Shown piece after piece: positions 1-10,143 of a DNA stretch of 64,000 nucleotides. The DNA comes from a virus. Its lineage: Duplodnaviria; Caudoviricetes. Numbering within the stretch: the first letter of the stretch is position 1; each line of letters opens with the position of its first letter. The position numbers and the translations under genes were made by a program. Under the pieces are notes generated by a model, which was not told the DNA's origin, made no database searches, and saw only the letters and a program-made list of their open reading frames with translations. The stretch spans positions 58,815-122,814 of the IMG/VR virus record IMGVR_UViG_2936984999_000001. The stretch is one strand, 5' to 3'.

Positions 1-600
1 CCGCCATGTGTTAATGTTGTGCTTTCTCCTATGGACATCGACACAATTGAATTTAAGGATCTAAATAATACTGATGACAGTGATATGATATCCAATTCTA
101 TTTCTAATATTTTTAAGCACATCGGTGGTGTTATTCTCGATTCAGATAAGTCTGGAACAACAATTTATGAAGCACAGATTATTGCTGATATGAAATATGG
201 CCAGAGTACTCTTCTTCCACAGGTACAGAGGTATTTGAATTTATATTTCAATTATGTTGTTGGTACAGGACATGGGTATTTCAAATATATAGATGGTGTT
301 AGCCCATATACTAGAAGAACAAAACGTAAAGAACTTATTGAATCTGCCCAGAATGGATTTTCAAGAATGTCAATCGGTGTTCTCGATGGAAATACACTTC
401 TTGAGCAAATGTCTATGCTTAAGCTTGAGCGTGATTTAGGTCTCGTGGATCTTATGTCAAATCCATTAAGTACAAGCTATACTCAAGCAGGAAGTCAGCC
501 AACTGCAGATACCGATCCAATCAATGGTGGTGCTCCAAGTAAAGATTCTGATGATCTAACCGATTCTGGTAGTAAATCCAAAGAACGTGGAAATGAGTGA
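1..600 (+). CDS. Portal protein, C-terminal part (runs in from upstream of the window)
   Basis: Frame open from the window edge; lies directly before the protease/scaffold and capsid genes; acidic low-complexity tail. Call is mainly syntenic. Confidence 0.65.
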   Translation, partial: PPCVNVVLSPMDIDTIEFKDLNNTDDSDMISNSISNIFKHIGGVILDSDKSGTTIYEAQIIADMKYGQSTLLPQVQRYLNLYFNYVVGTGHGYFKYIDGVSPYTRRTKRKELIESAQNGFSRMSIGVLDGNTLLEQMSMLKLERDLGLVDLMSNPLSTSYTQAGSQPTADTDPINGGAPSKDSDDLTDSGSKSKERGNE

Positions 601-606
601 TAAATA

Positions 607-792
607 ATGAAAGATAAAAAATTTATTTTTACATATGATAAAGAAGTTCGTGAGCAGTTGATCACTCTAGGTTATATAGAGGTTCAGACACCTGCTCATT
701 TTTATATGTTTGTAAATAATAATAAGATGAATTTTGCAGAAAATGACATTGATATGTCTAAAGTAAAATTCACAAATATTATGTGTGTTTAG
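607..792 (+). CDS. Small hypothetical phage protein (61 aa)
   Basis: ORF tightly spaced after the portal; FIFTYD..LITLGY..FYMFVN pattern resembles other small ORFs in the window. Confidence 0.6.
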   Translation: MKDKKFIFTYDKEVREQLITLGYIEVQTPAHFYMFVNNNKMNFAENDIDMSKVKFTNIMCV

Positions 793-849
793 TCCTCTTT
801 TCTAAGGGCTATTATATAGAAATTTTTGGAAAGGAGGTAAATACCAAAT

Positions 850-2697
850 ATGCGAAACAAAACGCTACTCACCATTGATGATTTAGTCAAATTTTGTGAG
901 GAACAGAAATTTGCAAAATTCAGTTCAAATGAAACAGGATATAAACTTGCAGTAAAAGTCCCTACTACTTTTGAGTCAGAAGACTCTGTTGATGAAAATC
1001 ATCGTGGTATGAAAAAAGTTAAAATTAAAATCTTCCATACTGGAGTAAATCGAAATAAATCTCGTGTTTCTAAAGAAGCTGCAGAACGTGCAATGAAAAC
1101 AATTCCTGATAGACCGGTACTCGCCGCTATCCATCAGCTTGACGATGGTTCATGGGATTTTGAAGGTCACGAAATGACAACTGTTAGAAACGAAGAAACT
1201 GGTGAAGATGAAACAGTATATATCGAATCCCAAGTTGGATCATTCTCTTCTGAACCAGCATTTTGGGAACATGATGATAAATTAGATAAAGACTTTGTAT
1301 GTGCTTATGCTTATATTGCTGAAGACTACACTCGCACCACTTCTATACTTGAAGAAAAAAACGGTACTAAAAATAGTTGTGAGCTTGTTATTGAGGAATT
1401 ATCCTACGATGCAAAGGAGAAAGTTCTTGATTTAGATGATTTCTATTTAAACGCCTCGACTTTCTTGGGATCTCGTGATGATGGTACCGAAATAGGAGAA
1501 GGCATGGAAGGTTCCAGAGCAGATATTATTGATTTTAGTGAAGCACATAATTCAGTTTTGATTGATTTACAGACTAGACTTTCTAACGTTGAGTCTAAGT
1601 TAGAAAAGGTTTGTTTCAATAATAATACACAAATTAATCAGAAAGGAGGAAATGATCTGGTGAAATTTGAAGAATTACTTAAGAAATATAATGTAACAGC
1701 TGATGATATTACCTTTGATTACGAGGGATTATCTGATGAAGAGCTGGAGCAGAAATTTACAGAAACATTTGATGATGACGGTGGCGCAGCTTCTGATGAT
1801 GGAGCCGGTGATGCAGGTACAACTGATGGTAACTCTGATCCAGAACCTACTTCTGATGAAAATGCAGACGAAGGCAATGTTGAATCTGATCCTGTAGAAG
1901 AACCAGTAAATGAAGAGGGAGCTGGCGAAACTCAGGAAGAAAATCCGGTATCTGAAGAATCCGAAGATGAGCCTGTTGCAACATCCGATGATTCTAAAGA
2001 AAATCCAGTTGAGGAAGAGGCTTGTGGAACAGATAATAAAAAGAAAAGGAAATACTCTATCACTACTGGTGAGAAATCTGCCAACTTCGAAGTTTCTCTC
2101 GATGAGAAAATTTGGGCACTATCTGATCTAGTAAATGCTCAGTATGGAGAGTCAGATAACTGCTGGTACTCTGTAAAGGTTTATGAAAACTATCTTATTA
2201 TGTATGATTATTGGACATGCATTGCTTATAAGCAGACATATTCTCAGGATGGAGATAACTTCTCTCTCATCGGTGATCGTGTAGAAGTATATGCTACATA
2301 TCTTACCAAAGAGGAATTAGATGAAGTTGAAGCGATGAGAAGCAATTATGCATCTCTTGTTGAATACAAAGAAAATGCAGAGTTTGCAAAACTTCATACA
2401 CAAAGAGAAGAAATTCTTAATGCTGAGAAATACAACGATCTAAGAGATACAGATGAGTTCAAAGCTCTTGTTGAGAACATGGACCAGTACAGTCTTGTTG
2501 ATCTTGAAAAAGAGGCAAAAGTTATTTTTGCTGACTTTATCACATCTAATGCAGGAACTTTTTCTGCACACACTTCTGAAACAAAATCCAAGAAAAAATT
2601 TAATGGTGGAATGACATTTGGTGTTGGTTCTGAAAAACCAGAAGCTGATAATGAAAATTCACCTTATGGAGATTATTTTAAATCTCTTAAAAAGTAA
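850..2697 (+). CDS. Prohead protease/scaffold fusion protein
   Basis: Strong RBS AGGAGG; N-terminal HTGVNRNKS..SCEL protease-like region, long acidic linker, coiled C-terminus; lies between portal and capsid. Confidence 0.75.
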   Translation: MRNKTLLTIDDLVKFCEEQKFAKFSSNETGYKLAVKVPTTFESEDSVDENHRGMKKVKIKIFHTGVNRNKSRVSKEAAERAMKTIPDRPVLAAIHQLDDGSWDFEGHEMTTVRNEETGEDETVYIESQVGSFSSEPAFWEHDDKLDKDFVCAYAYIAEDYTRTTSILEEKNGTKNSCELVIEELSYDAKEKVLDLDDFYLNASTFLGSRDDGTEIGEGMEGSRADIIDFSEAHNSVLIDLQTRLSNVESKLEKVCFNNNTQINQKGGNDLVKFEELLKKYNVTADDITFDYEGLSDEELEQKFTETFDDDGGAASDDGAGDAGTTDGNSDPEPTSDENADEGNVESDPVEEPVNEEGAGETQEENPVSEESEDEPVATSDDSKENPVEEEACGTDNKKKRKYSITTGEKSANFEVSLDEKIWALSDLVNAQYGESDNCWYSVKVYENYLIMYDYWTCIAYKQTYSQDGDNFSLIGDRVEVYATYLTKEELDEVEAMRSNYASLVEYKENAEFAKLHTQREEILNAEKYNDLRDTDEFKALVENMDQYSLVDLEKEAKVIFADFITSNAGTFSAHTSETKSKKKFNGGMTFGVGSEKPEADNENSPYGDYFKSLKK

Positions 2698-2761
2698 TTT
2701 AGAAGTAAATTATAACAACTGAATATAGAAAAAATTTTATAGTTGAACGAGGTATTTATTT

Positions 2762-3016
2762 ATGAGTGATGTATTTTATTGCTACTCTCCTACTCTTAGA
2801 AAGGAGCTTATGGAGAATGCACATCAAAGATATATTGCACGATCAGTCAATCCATCTACCAATAGAGAATTTTGGATGTTCTTATATACAGATGAGTTGA
2901 TTGATTATCTTAACAAGCGTCCTAAAACGAAACATAAGTATGTTAAGAATAGGAAGAATCCTAAGTTCGAAAATATTGAGAATACTTCTTGTAAAAATAC
3001 AGAAGTAAAAAAATAA
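2762..3016 (+). CDS. Small DUF5659-like protein preceding an endonuclease
   Basis: RBS GAGGT; FYCYSPTLRKEL...NPSTNREFWMF pattern recalled for this family. Confidence 0.55.
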   Translation: MSDVFYCYSPTLRKELMENAHQRYIARSVNPSTNREFWMFLYTDELIDYLNKRPKTKHKYVKNRKNPKFENIENTSCKNTEVKK

Positions 3017-3061
3017 AAAGAACTTTTAGGGTTCTTTTTTAATTGAAAGTGAGGTTTATTT

Positions 3062-4255
3062 ATGGGTATTACATTAACTAATGAAGAATTTCAAGAAAAG
3101 TTTTATAATAAATTTGATAAAAACGAGTATACACTAATTTCTCAATATACTGGTGGATCTAATTTTATAAGAATTAGACACAAATGCGGATATGAATTTG
3201 AGAAAAAGCCTAAAAATATAATTACACCAAGAGAACATCTTAATTGTCCAAAATGTTTTGGAAAATTATATACTAAGGTAATTCCTGGAATAAATGATAT
3301 GGCAACAACAAATCCAGAACTAATACCATTACTAAAAAATCCAGATGATGCTTATAAGTATAAAACTAATACAAATAAGAAAATATATTTTATATGCCCT
3401 GTTTGTGGTAATGAAATATATAAAACAGGAAACGAAGTATATATGCATGGATTGCAATGCAAGTATTGTAGTGATGGATTTAGTTACGCCGAAAAATTCA
3501 TGAAGTCTATATTAAGCCAACTTGGAATTAACTATATACATCAATATAATCCTGATTGGGCACAACCATATAGATATGATTTTTATTTTAAATTAGATGG
3601 TAAAAAATATATTATCGAAATGGATGGTGGAATTGGACATGGGAATTTTACTCGTGATGGCAAACAAGACGTTATTGGAAAACAAATTGACGACAAGAAA
3701 GATACACTGGCAAAATTACATAATATAAATGTAGTTCGAGTTGATTGCAATTATATTGATATAGAAAATAGATATAATTATATAAAAGAACATATTTTAA
3801 TTTCTGAAGTGGCTCAAATCTTAGATTTATCAAAAATAAACTTTTCTTTATGCCGTATCGTTGCAGAAAAATCAATATTTATTTCAGTTTGTGATTTAGT
3901 TAAACAAGGAATGCGAAGTTTTGTAGAAATAGCTGAGAAGCTTGAAATATCAAATACCACTGTAAGTAGATATTTAAAAACTGCTTGTGAATCTGGATAT
4001 CTTGATATAGATTATAACGATCTCAAACAACAATCCCTTGATATTGGATATCAAAAGAACAAACAACGAAACGAGAATCGTCCAAATGGATTTAATCGTA
4101 CTCCTGTTAAATGTATTGAAACAGGTGAAATATTTAATTCTATGGATGCGGCGGATAAAAAATATGGCGGATGTGTAAGTAGTTATTTATCTGGATGTAT
4201 AAAATATACTGGTCATTTAGATGACGGAACAGTTCTTCATTGGGAACGAATTTAA
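3062..4255 (+). CDS. Free-standing putative homing endonuclease (zinc ribbons + PD-(D/E)xK/Vsr-like nuclease + HTH + NUMOD1-like end)
   Basis: CPKC/CPVC/CKYC motifs, YRYDFYF..IIEMDGGIGH..DDKKD nuclease motif, EIAEKLEISNTTVSRYL HTH, VKCIETGEIFNSMDAA; more AT-rich than its flanks. Confidence 0.75.
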   Translation: MGITLTNEEFQEKFYNKFDKNEYTLISQYTGGSNFIRIRHKCGYEFEKKPKNIITPREHLNCPKCFGKLYTKVIPGINDMATTNPELIPLLKNPDDAYKYKTNTNKKIYFICPVCGNEIYKTGNEVYMHGLQCKYCSDGFSYAEKFMKSILSQLGINYIHQYNPDWAQPYRYDFYFKLDGKKYIIEMDGGIGHGNFTRDGKQDVIGKQIDDKKDTLAKLHNINVVRVDCNYIDIENRYNYIKEHILISEVAQILDLSKINFSLCRIVAEKSIFISVCDLVKQGMRSFVEIAEKLEISNTTVSRYLKTACESGYLDIDYNDLKQQSLDIGYQKNKQRNENRPNGFNRTPVKCIETGEIFNSMDAADKKYGGCVSSYLSGCIKYTGHLDDGTVLHWERI

Positions 4256-4263
4256 AATCATTC

Positions 4264-4292
4264 AGAACCTTCTATAACGAAGGTTCTTTTTT
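4264..4292 (+). terminator. Intrinsic terminator-like hairpin
   Basis: agaacctt-loop-aaggttct followed by a T run. Confidence 0.6.
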
Positions 4293-4324
4293 ATTGCCTA
4301 AAAATATTAAAGGAGGAAACCGAA

Positions 4325-4870
4325 ATGGCATCTAATTTCGAAAAATATTTATACGACAAACATGGCGTATTTCATGCCACATTAATGCACGCAACTGATA
4401 TTCCAAGTGCATTTTACACAATGGTTAATAAAGATGCAGAGATGGAAAATGGTTCTGTATCTGTTCTGAAGCCAGAGAATTACGTAGAGGACGATGTATT
4501 TAAGGTAGAGGCACCAAAGATTACAGATAAAATTGTAATTCTTGCAAATGATGTAAAAATCTACGAAGAGTACACAAAGAGAATGCAGGAAGAGTCCCAG
4601 TATTTTATTGGTCAGGGAGAAAGAATTCGTGCATTTGAAACATTTGAAACAGACAGATTTAGCCTTTCTAAAGAAGCTTTCAAGGATGAAACAGAGGTTG
4701 AAGTTGGCAAATATGTTGTTGTTGATGGAACTGGTTTCAAATTAACAACTGTTGCTGAAGACCCAAATAAAACAGCTGTAACGCATGGTTTTGTTGGCTA
4801 TATCTACAAGCAGTGGCCAAACGGTGAATATGCAGTATTCGTTAAAAGAAATGCTGCAGTTGAAGCCTAA
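4325..4870 (+). CDS. Putative head decoration/capsid stabilising protein
   Basis: Strong RBS; 181 aa immediately upstream of the major capsid gene. Confidence 0.55.
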   Translation: MASNFEKYLYDKHGVFHATLMHATDIPSAFYTMVNKDAEMENGSVSVLKPENYVEDDVFKVEAPKITDKIVILANDVKIYEEYTKRMQEESQYFIGQGERIRAFETFETDRFSLSKEAFKDETEVEVGKYVVVDGTGFKLTTVAEDPNKTAVTHGFVGYIYKQWPNGEYAVFVKRNAAVEA

Positions 4871-4891
4871 TAGAAAGGAGGAAATATCATA

Positions 4892-5995
4892 ATGAGAAAA
4901 TTATTATTTGCTGAATATACTGATTTAAATCAGGCAAAATTTAAAGATGCAAAAGATATTAGAACTTTTACAAAAATTTGTATTGATACATATAATGGTA
5001 CACTTCAGAACCAGTCTGTAGCAGATGCCAATACTGTAATTAGAACAAAATTTAGAGAAATTGCAGGACTTTCCGAGGATGCAACTGATAATCAGATTAA
5101 ACGTGCATTAGGAAGAACTGCAGTAAGAGAAGCATTATTCGAGATTATTGAGGATACAATTGATGATACATTGGTAACAGGTTGGTCAGCAGATCCATTC
5201 TTCAGAAAATATGTTGATTTTAAGAATACAACAATCGGAGAGAAAAACAGTTTCTATATTAAAGATGATTGTATTCTTACTGTAGCAAAACTTTCTGGTG
5301 GACAGCACGCAATTGAACGTCAGAGACTTGGCGCTGGACAGACTCGTACAGTTAGTACAAGCTACTTTGGATTAGGCGTATACATGAGTCTTCTTAGATT
5401 TATGCAGGGCGTTGAAGATTGGAACGAACTGATTAACAAAATTACAGAGGCATTTGATCGTTATGTAAATACAATGCTTCATGATGCTGTTATGTCTGCA
5501 TCTCAGCAGCTTCCAGTTCCTACAAAATGGAATATCAAAGGTGAAGCTAAAGCTGAAAATAGAGCAAAGCTGAAAAGACTTATCTCTGACGTGCAGCTTG
5601 CTACCGGTTCTAAGGCAGTAATTATGGGTACTGAAGTAGCTCTTGGAGAACTTCAGAACTTTGGTAATGTACAGTGGATTTCTAATGAAGCAAAATCTGA
5701 TATTTATAGAATGGGTCGTCTTGGATCATTCGAGGGAACAGAGATTGTAGAGATTCCACAGGCATTTGCTTACAATGATGTTGAGCACTATCTGGAAGAT
5801 GATAAGAAACTTCTGGTTATGCCTAATAACATTGATAAGTTCGTTAAGTTCGTTTATGAAGGTTCTGATGCAACATTTGAAAGAAACGAAATGGGCGAGA
5901 CTGGCGATGAAACAAAAGATTACCGTATTAGAACTTGCATGGGTCTTGAGACAATGACTAATGTACGTTTTGGTACATGGACTCTTGAGGCGTAA
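4892..5995 (+). CDS. Major capsid protein
   Basis: 367 aa, strong RBS, codon usage typical of high expression, position, downstream terminator. Confidence 0.8.
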   Translation: MRKLLFAEYTDLNQAKFKDAKDIRTFTKICIDTYNGTLQNQSVADANTVIRTKFREIAGLSEDATDNQIKRALGRTAVREALFEIIEDTIDDTLVTGWSADPFFRKYVDFKNTTIGEKNSFYIKDDCILTVAKLSGGQHAIERQRLGAGQTRTVSTSYFGLGVYMSLLRFMQGVEDWNELINKITEAFDRYVNTMLHDAVMSASQQLPVPTKWNIKGEAKAENRAKLKRLISDVQLATGSKAVIMGTEVALGELQNFGNVQWISNEAKSDIYRMGRLGSFEGTEIVEIPQAFAYNDVEHYLEDDKKLLVMPNNIDKFVKFVYEGSDATFERNEMGETGDETKDYRIRTCMGLETMTNVRFGTWTLEA

Positions 5996-6017
5996 TTTCG
6001 TCTAATATAAAAATATT

Positions 6018-6051
6018 TAGGAGTGTGGTTGATTACTACACTCCTATTTTT
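6018..6051 (+). terminator. Terminator after the capsid gene
   Basis: taggagtgtggt/actacactccta stem plus T run. Confidence 0.65.
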
Positions 6052-6073
6052 ATGAATGAAAGGAAAAATAACT

Positions 6074-6736
6074 ATGAAAGTTTTTGAGCTTGCAAAAGAA
6101 ATTGGTGTACCAAGTTCAGATGTTGTAGCGCTATTAAAGGAAAATGAAGTTCCTGTAAAAAATCATATGACTCCACTTTCTGATGAAGCAATTGAAATGG
6201 TAAGAGCCAATTATATTACGGTTCCGGACGAACCTGAAAAAGTAGAGGTAAAAGAACCTAAAAAAGTAGTAAAAACAGACGCAGATTACAGACCAGAGGA
6301 AATGATTCCATGTAGGTCACTTTTTGCCGGTGTACTCTTGTTTACAGGTGATCATACACATATGACATATGCGTTTAATGGTGCTGGTGACAGACGAAAT
6401 ATTGAGTATCAGGATTTAAAAGCTGCAATGCTTCAACACAAAGGTTCTATATTCGATCCAGATATTATTATTGAGGATGAAAATCTTATTAATGACGAGC
6501 ACTGGTTTGAAGTAAAGGAAGTTTATGAAAATATGTTTAACGAAAAAGATATTGAGAAAGTAATGAACCTTCCATATCGTGATTTTGAAAAAGCATTTAT
6601 TCAGCTTCCAATTACAGCCAAAAAAAGAATTATTACTACTTACGCTACACAGATGGAAAACGGTACATTTGAACAGTGGAACAAAGCGAAAATCATTGAC
6701 AAAGTTTGTGGTACTCGTTTTGATCTGAAAATGTAA
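6074..6736 (+). CDS. Phage head-region protein with an N-terminal IF2_N-like domain
   Basis: MKVFELAKEIGVPSSDVVALLKENEVPVKNHMTPLSDEAIE resembles the translation initiation factor 2 N-terminal repeat; RBS aaagga favours the ATG at 6074. Confidence 0.65.
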   Translation: MKVFELAKEIGVPSSDVVALLKENEVPVKNHMTPLSDEAIEMVRANYITVPDEPEKVEVKEPKKVVKTDADYRPEEMIPCRSLFAGVLLFTGDHTHMTYAFNGAGDRRNIEYQDLKAAMLQHKGSIFDPDIIIEDENLINDEHWFEVKEVYENMFNEKDIEKVMNLPYRDFEKAFIQLPITAKKRIITTYATQMENGTFEQWNKAKIIDKVCGTRFDLKM

Positions 6737-6758
6737 TTAATAAGATCGGAGGTACTAT

Positions 6759-7214
6759 ATGACCTACGATGAAATATTTAACAGATTTTATAATCTAATG
6801 GATGATCCAAACTTCTATAAATTGCCACAAGATTTCGCGTATGATCGTATGCGTTCATGGTTGCATGATGCTGCATCAAAGCCATATATTAAGAAGAAAT
6901 TTTCTCAGTTAAAATTGGATGATAGATTGTTAGAGTTAACTTACTCTCTCAATAACCCATCAGATCAGAAATCAGATGATGATTTTGTAATAAATATTTT
7001 TGCTCAATATATGGTAATCGGTTGGTTAAAGCCACAGGTTGACAATGCGATTAATACAGCAAGAATTATTGGTAGCAAGGAAGAAAAGAACATCCAATCT
7101 AACTATAAGGCAAATATAGAACGACTAGAATCTTTAGAGCGTAATCTTCGAAAATTTATCCGTGATGATGGATATATAAACAACAGTTATATCTCCGGAG
7201 GTGAAACGTCATGA
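6759..7214 (+). CDS. Putative head-tail adaptor
   Basis: 151-aa helical protein after the capsid module; RBS GGAGGT. Confidence 0.55.
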   Translation: MTYDEIFNRFYNLMDDPNFYKLPQDFAYDRMRSWLHDAASKPYIKKKFSQLKLDDRLLELTYSLNNPSDQKSDDDFVINIFAQYMVIGWLKPQVDNAINTARIIGSKEEKNIQSNYKANIERLESLERNLRKFIRDDGYINNSYISGGETS

Positions 7215-7543
7215 CGAAACACCGTTACGGAAAATTTAGTGATATGCAAATGTCAGAAATTAAGAAGACCTTACGAGGTTCTATTTTTTTCTTATTACAA
7301 TGTGCAGATCCTAATACTTCAAGTAAATATCCAGGTAAAGACGTAAATAAAATATTTCAGAATATTCAATATGACTTAGATGGATTGAACAGCTTACTCT
7401 TCTATCCTGTTGAGTTAGTTCCTGTGATTGAATTATTGGAAGCTGCCAGAGTTACATACAATAAACCAGATTCTAAATTTGAGGATTATAGAAAACTCAT
7501 TTTAGATGCCGGTGTTGCTGTATTGAAAATAAAGGAGGACTGA
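7211..7543 (+). CDS. Hypothetical virion assembly protein
   Basis: ATGA start/stop overlap with the upstream gene; RBS GGAGGTG. Confidence 0.55.
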   Translation: MTKHRYGKFSDMQMSEIKKTLRGSIFFLLQCADPNTSSKYPGKDVNKIFQNIQYDLDGLNSLLFYPVELVPVIELLEAARVTYNKPDSKFEDYRKLILDAGVAVLKIKED

Positions 7544-7545
7544 TT

Positions 7546-9509
7546 ATGCCTACCTTTAGAGAGATGCAACAACTATATGCGAATATTGGAACGGTTGGTC
7601 AACAGATTAAAAAACAATCTGATGATGCTATGGAAGCGACATGGGATAATTCTATCGCATCAAGGGTTTGTTACATCTATGATTATTATCATGATGACTC
7701 TCCTACTTTGAATAGAAATATTACCTATGGACCATACACAACCAAAACTCGTATTGATGCAAAATTTATTGTCAAATCTTATAGCTCACTGGATAAAGAC
7801 CAGATTGAGTATTATCTACAATTTAAACCAAGTCAGAAGACACAATTCGAACCAACTGATGAACTCTATTATTTTGAAACAGATTACAGACGAAAATACG
7901 GATCAGACGATTTTGTAGGAATGTATTGTGATGTAGCTGATGATCAAGGTATTTATCATAGATGGCTTATCTGTACAAAAGAAATAGGCAATCAGTTTGT
8001 CAAATATAATATTCTTCCATGTGATTATTGGTTTCATTTTATTGTAAAGAAAAACGGTAAACGGTATAAACGGAAAATTTGGGGAGTGACGAGGACACAA
8101 TCCTCGTACAACAGCGGATCTGTTACATGGTCCTTCCCATTAGAAATAAGGGGAAATCTATCCTTTGAATTGCTGGAAATTCCTAAAGACAATTAAACTA
8201 CAACGCAAGTATGAAATATAACTAACCGTGAATGTGGCGAAAGCAGAAAAAATTAATTGTATGAGAACGAGGTTAAAACCCCTGTTCTCTTTTTTAATGG
8301 AAAATCAGCAGCGAAGCCTCGAATAGAGGAACGTTCAACGACTAAGCTACCTAAGTAGGTACTGTGGAGGACATCCGAAAGGATGAAGATATAGTCTGAA
8401 CTTCTTTCGAAAGAAAGAGAAAACCGAAAGGTCTTATTTGAATTAACGAATCAAATAAGTAACGCATTTGTATGGACTGATAAGTAATTGTCCACTGCAT
8501 TTGGAAACTGTGCAGTGAATTTCTTCTAATTGCTGGAAACTCTTTAGAAATTTGTAAACTACAACGCAAGCATGAAAAATGGCTAATCGTGAATGTTAAA
8601 AATTACAAATATTAGATAATCAGCAGCCAAGACTCGAATAGAGTAAGGTTCATCGACTATTATGTAGGACAAGTGTCCGAAATGGAGAACACCTAAACCA
8701 CAAGGCATGGTGAAGATATAGTCAGCACTTCATATGAGAATATGAGAAAAGCATTCGTGCTCTTTTGCAGCTTAACGAACTGTAAAAGTAACATAAGGTA
8801 TTACTCTACTTCCACTGAGAGCCAGTTTAAGGCAATCGTTCCGTTAAATCCAATTACCGAAGATATCTACTATGTAGAAGAAGACAATAAAAATATGCGT
8901 ATAATCATTTCTGCACCTGTAGAAAAACCAAATGTATTCCAGATAAGTAAAGTTGAAACAGCTCCACTATTTGGATTAAAGAGACTTACTTTTGCACAGG
9001 ATAAATTTGATCCTTATACAGATGGTAGAGATGATGTTGAAATTGCTCAAGGCGACATTTTTGCTATGTATGCAGATTTATATGACAATGAAGTACCTAC
9101 TGATACTCCATTCCATACAGATAGTGAGATAAAAATGGATACTATTCATTGTGATTTATCATGTAATGCCAATAAGATTAAGATTGGCGGTAGTTATAAG
9201 TTAATTACTGCAAAATTCTTTAATATACAGGGAAGTGAAATTACAGATGAATTTATTCCATATTTAGCAAAAAGCAGCTGGTCATGTTATGTAAAAAATA
9301 ATAGACATGAAGACCCAGATGAAATCGAAGTCACAGATAATACTGATTTAATCACCTGGCTAGAACAAAAAGAAAGCAATAAAATTAAAATTAAAATAGC
9401 AGACAATAAAGAGTATTTAACGAAAATTCTTGTAATTAAATGCTCTATAAATAAAAATGGAAGAAATATTGTTGGAGAAATTCAACTTCAAATTTCATCC
9501 GTATTATAA
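7546..9509 (+). CDS. Head closure/neck-type protein, spliced: join(7546..8119,8471..8481,8799..9509), about 431 aa
   Basis: Removing two group I introns restores one frame reading ...SSYNSG-LWTD-YYSTSTESQF...; function inferred from position. Confidence 0.75.
8120..8470 (+). ncRNA. Group I intron (351 nt, no ORF)
   Basis: P AATTGCTGGAAA 8168, Q AATCAGCAG 8303, R GTTCAACGACTA 8333, S AAGATATAGTC 8386; P1 exon GGAU with GUCC (8130-8133); terminal G8470; P10 catg/tatg. Confidence 0.88.
8482..8798 (+). ncRNA. Group I intron (317 nt, no ORF)
   Basis: P 8528, Q 8618, R GTTCATCGACTA 8648, S AAGATATAGTC 8713; P10 agtaat/attact; terminal G8798. The 5' site could alternatively be after 8478, which is also in frame. 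Confidence 0.85.
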
Positions 9510-9522
9510 AGGAGGCTCATAA

Positions 9523-10143
9523 ATGGATAAGCTTCAAACAAAGCAGGAACTTCTTGCAAAGCTTACAGCATTAACGAGCGTTCCTGATGATAATAATATT
9601 TATCTAAAAGAAAAGGTTAAAAAAGCCTTACTAAAATCTCCAGAACTCTTGTATGCATTTCACAATTTAGACCTAGAAGATACTGAACTTTTTAATCCGG
9701 ACGGAACTATCAACTACACAGGTGATTGGTCTATGTACTATGGAGAAGAGGGGAATATCCACCCTCACTTCTATTTACCTAATACACAAGATAAAGTTCG
9801 GCACCATCTTTGTTTTAAAACTGAATTCACAGACATTCCAAAGTACAACCAAATCATGTGTTATATGAATGTTACTTTTTTAGTAATGGTAGATGTACGT
9901 GATGCAATTGATCCACTTACAGGAATTGCACGACACGATCTTATTGGCTCAATTCTTCGTGAAAGATTTAATTGGTCTAATATTTTTGGTGCACATTGCA
10001 ATATTGTAAGCGACAAGGAATCTTTTACAGATTCAAATTATATCATTCGCACTATTGTACTTGAACAGGAAACCACAAATAATATCACCGGTATTCGAAA
10101 TGGAAAGCGACAGGTTATTAATAAACAGACATGGACAAGTTAG
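9523..10143 (+). CDS. Putative tail terminator/completion protein
   Basis: Lies between head closure and tail tube genes; RBS AGGAGG. Confidence 0.5.
   Translation: MDKLQTKQELLAKLTALTSVPDDNNIYLKEKVKKALLKSPELLYAFHNLDLEDTELFNPDGTINYTGDWSMYYGEEGNIHPHFYLPNTQDKVRHHLCFKTEFTDIPKYNQIMCYMNVTFLVMVDVRDAIDPLTGIARHDLIGSILRERFNWSNIFGAHCNIVSDKESFTDSNYIIRTIVLEQETTNNITGIRNGKRQVINKQTWTS

Noticed and set aside
2698-4320. Intron or intein around the free-standing endonuclease
   Set aside because: No P/Q/R/S motifs found; flanking genes have their own stop, RBS and start
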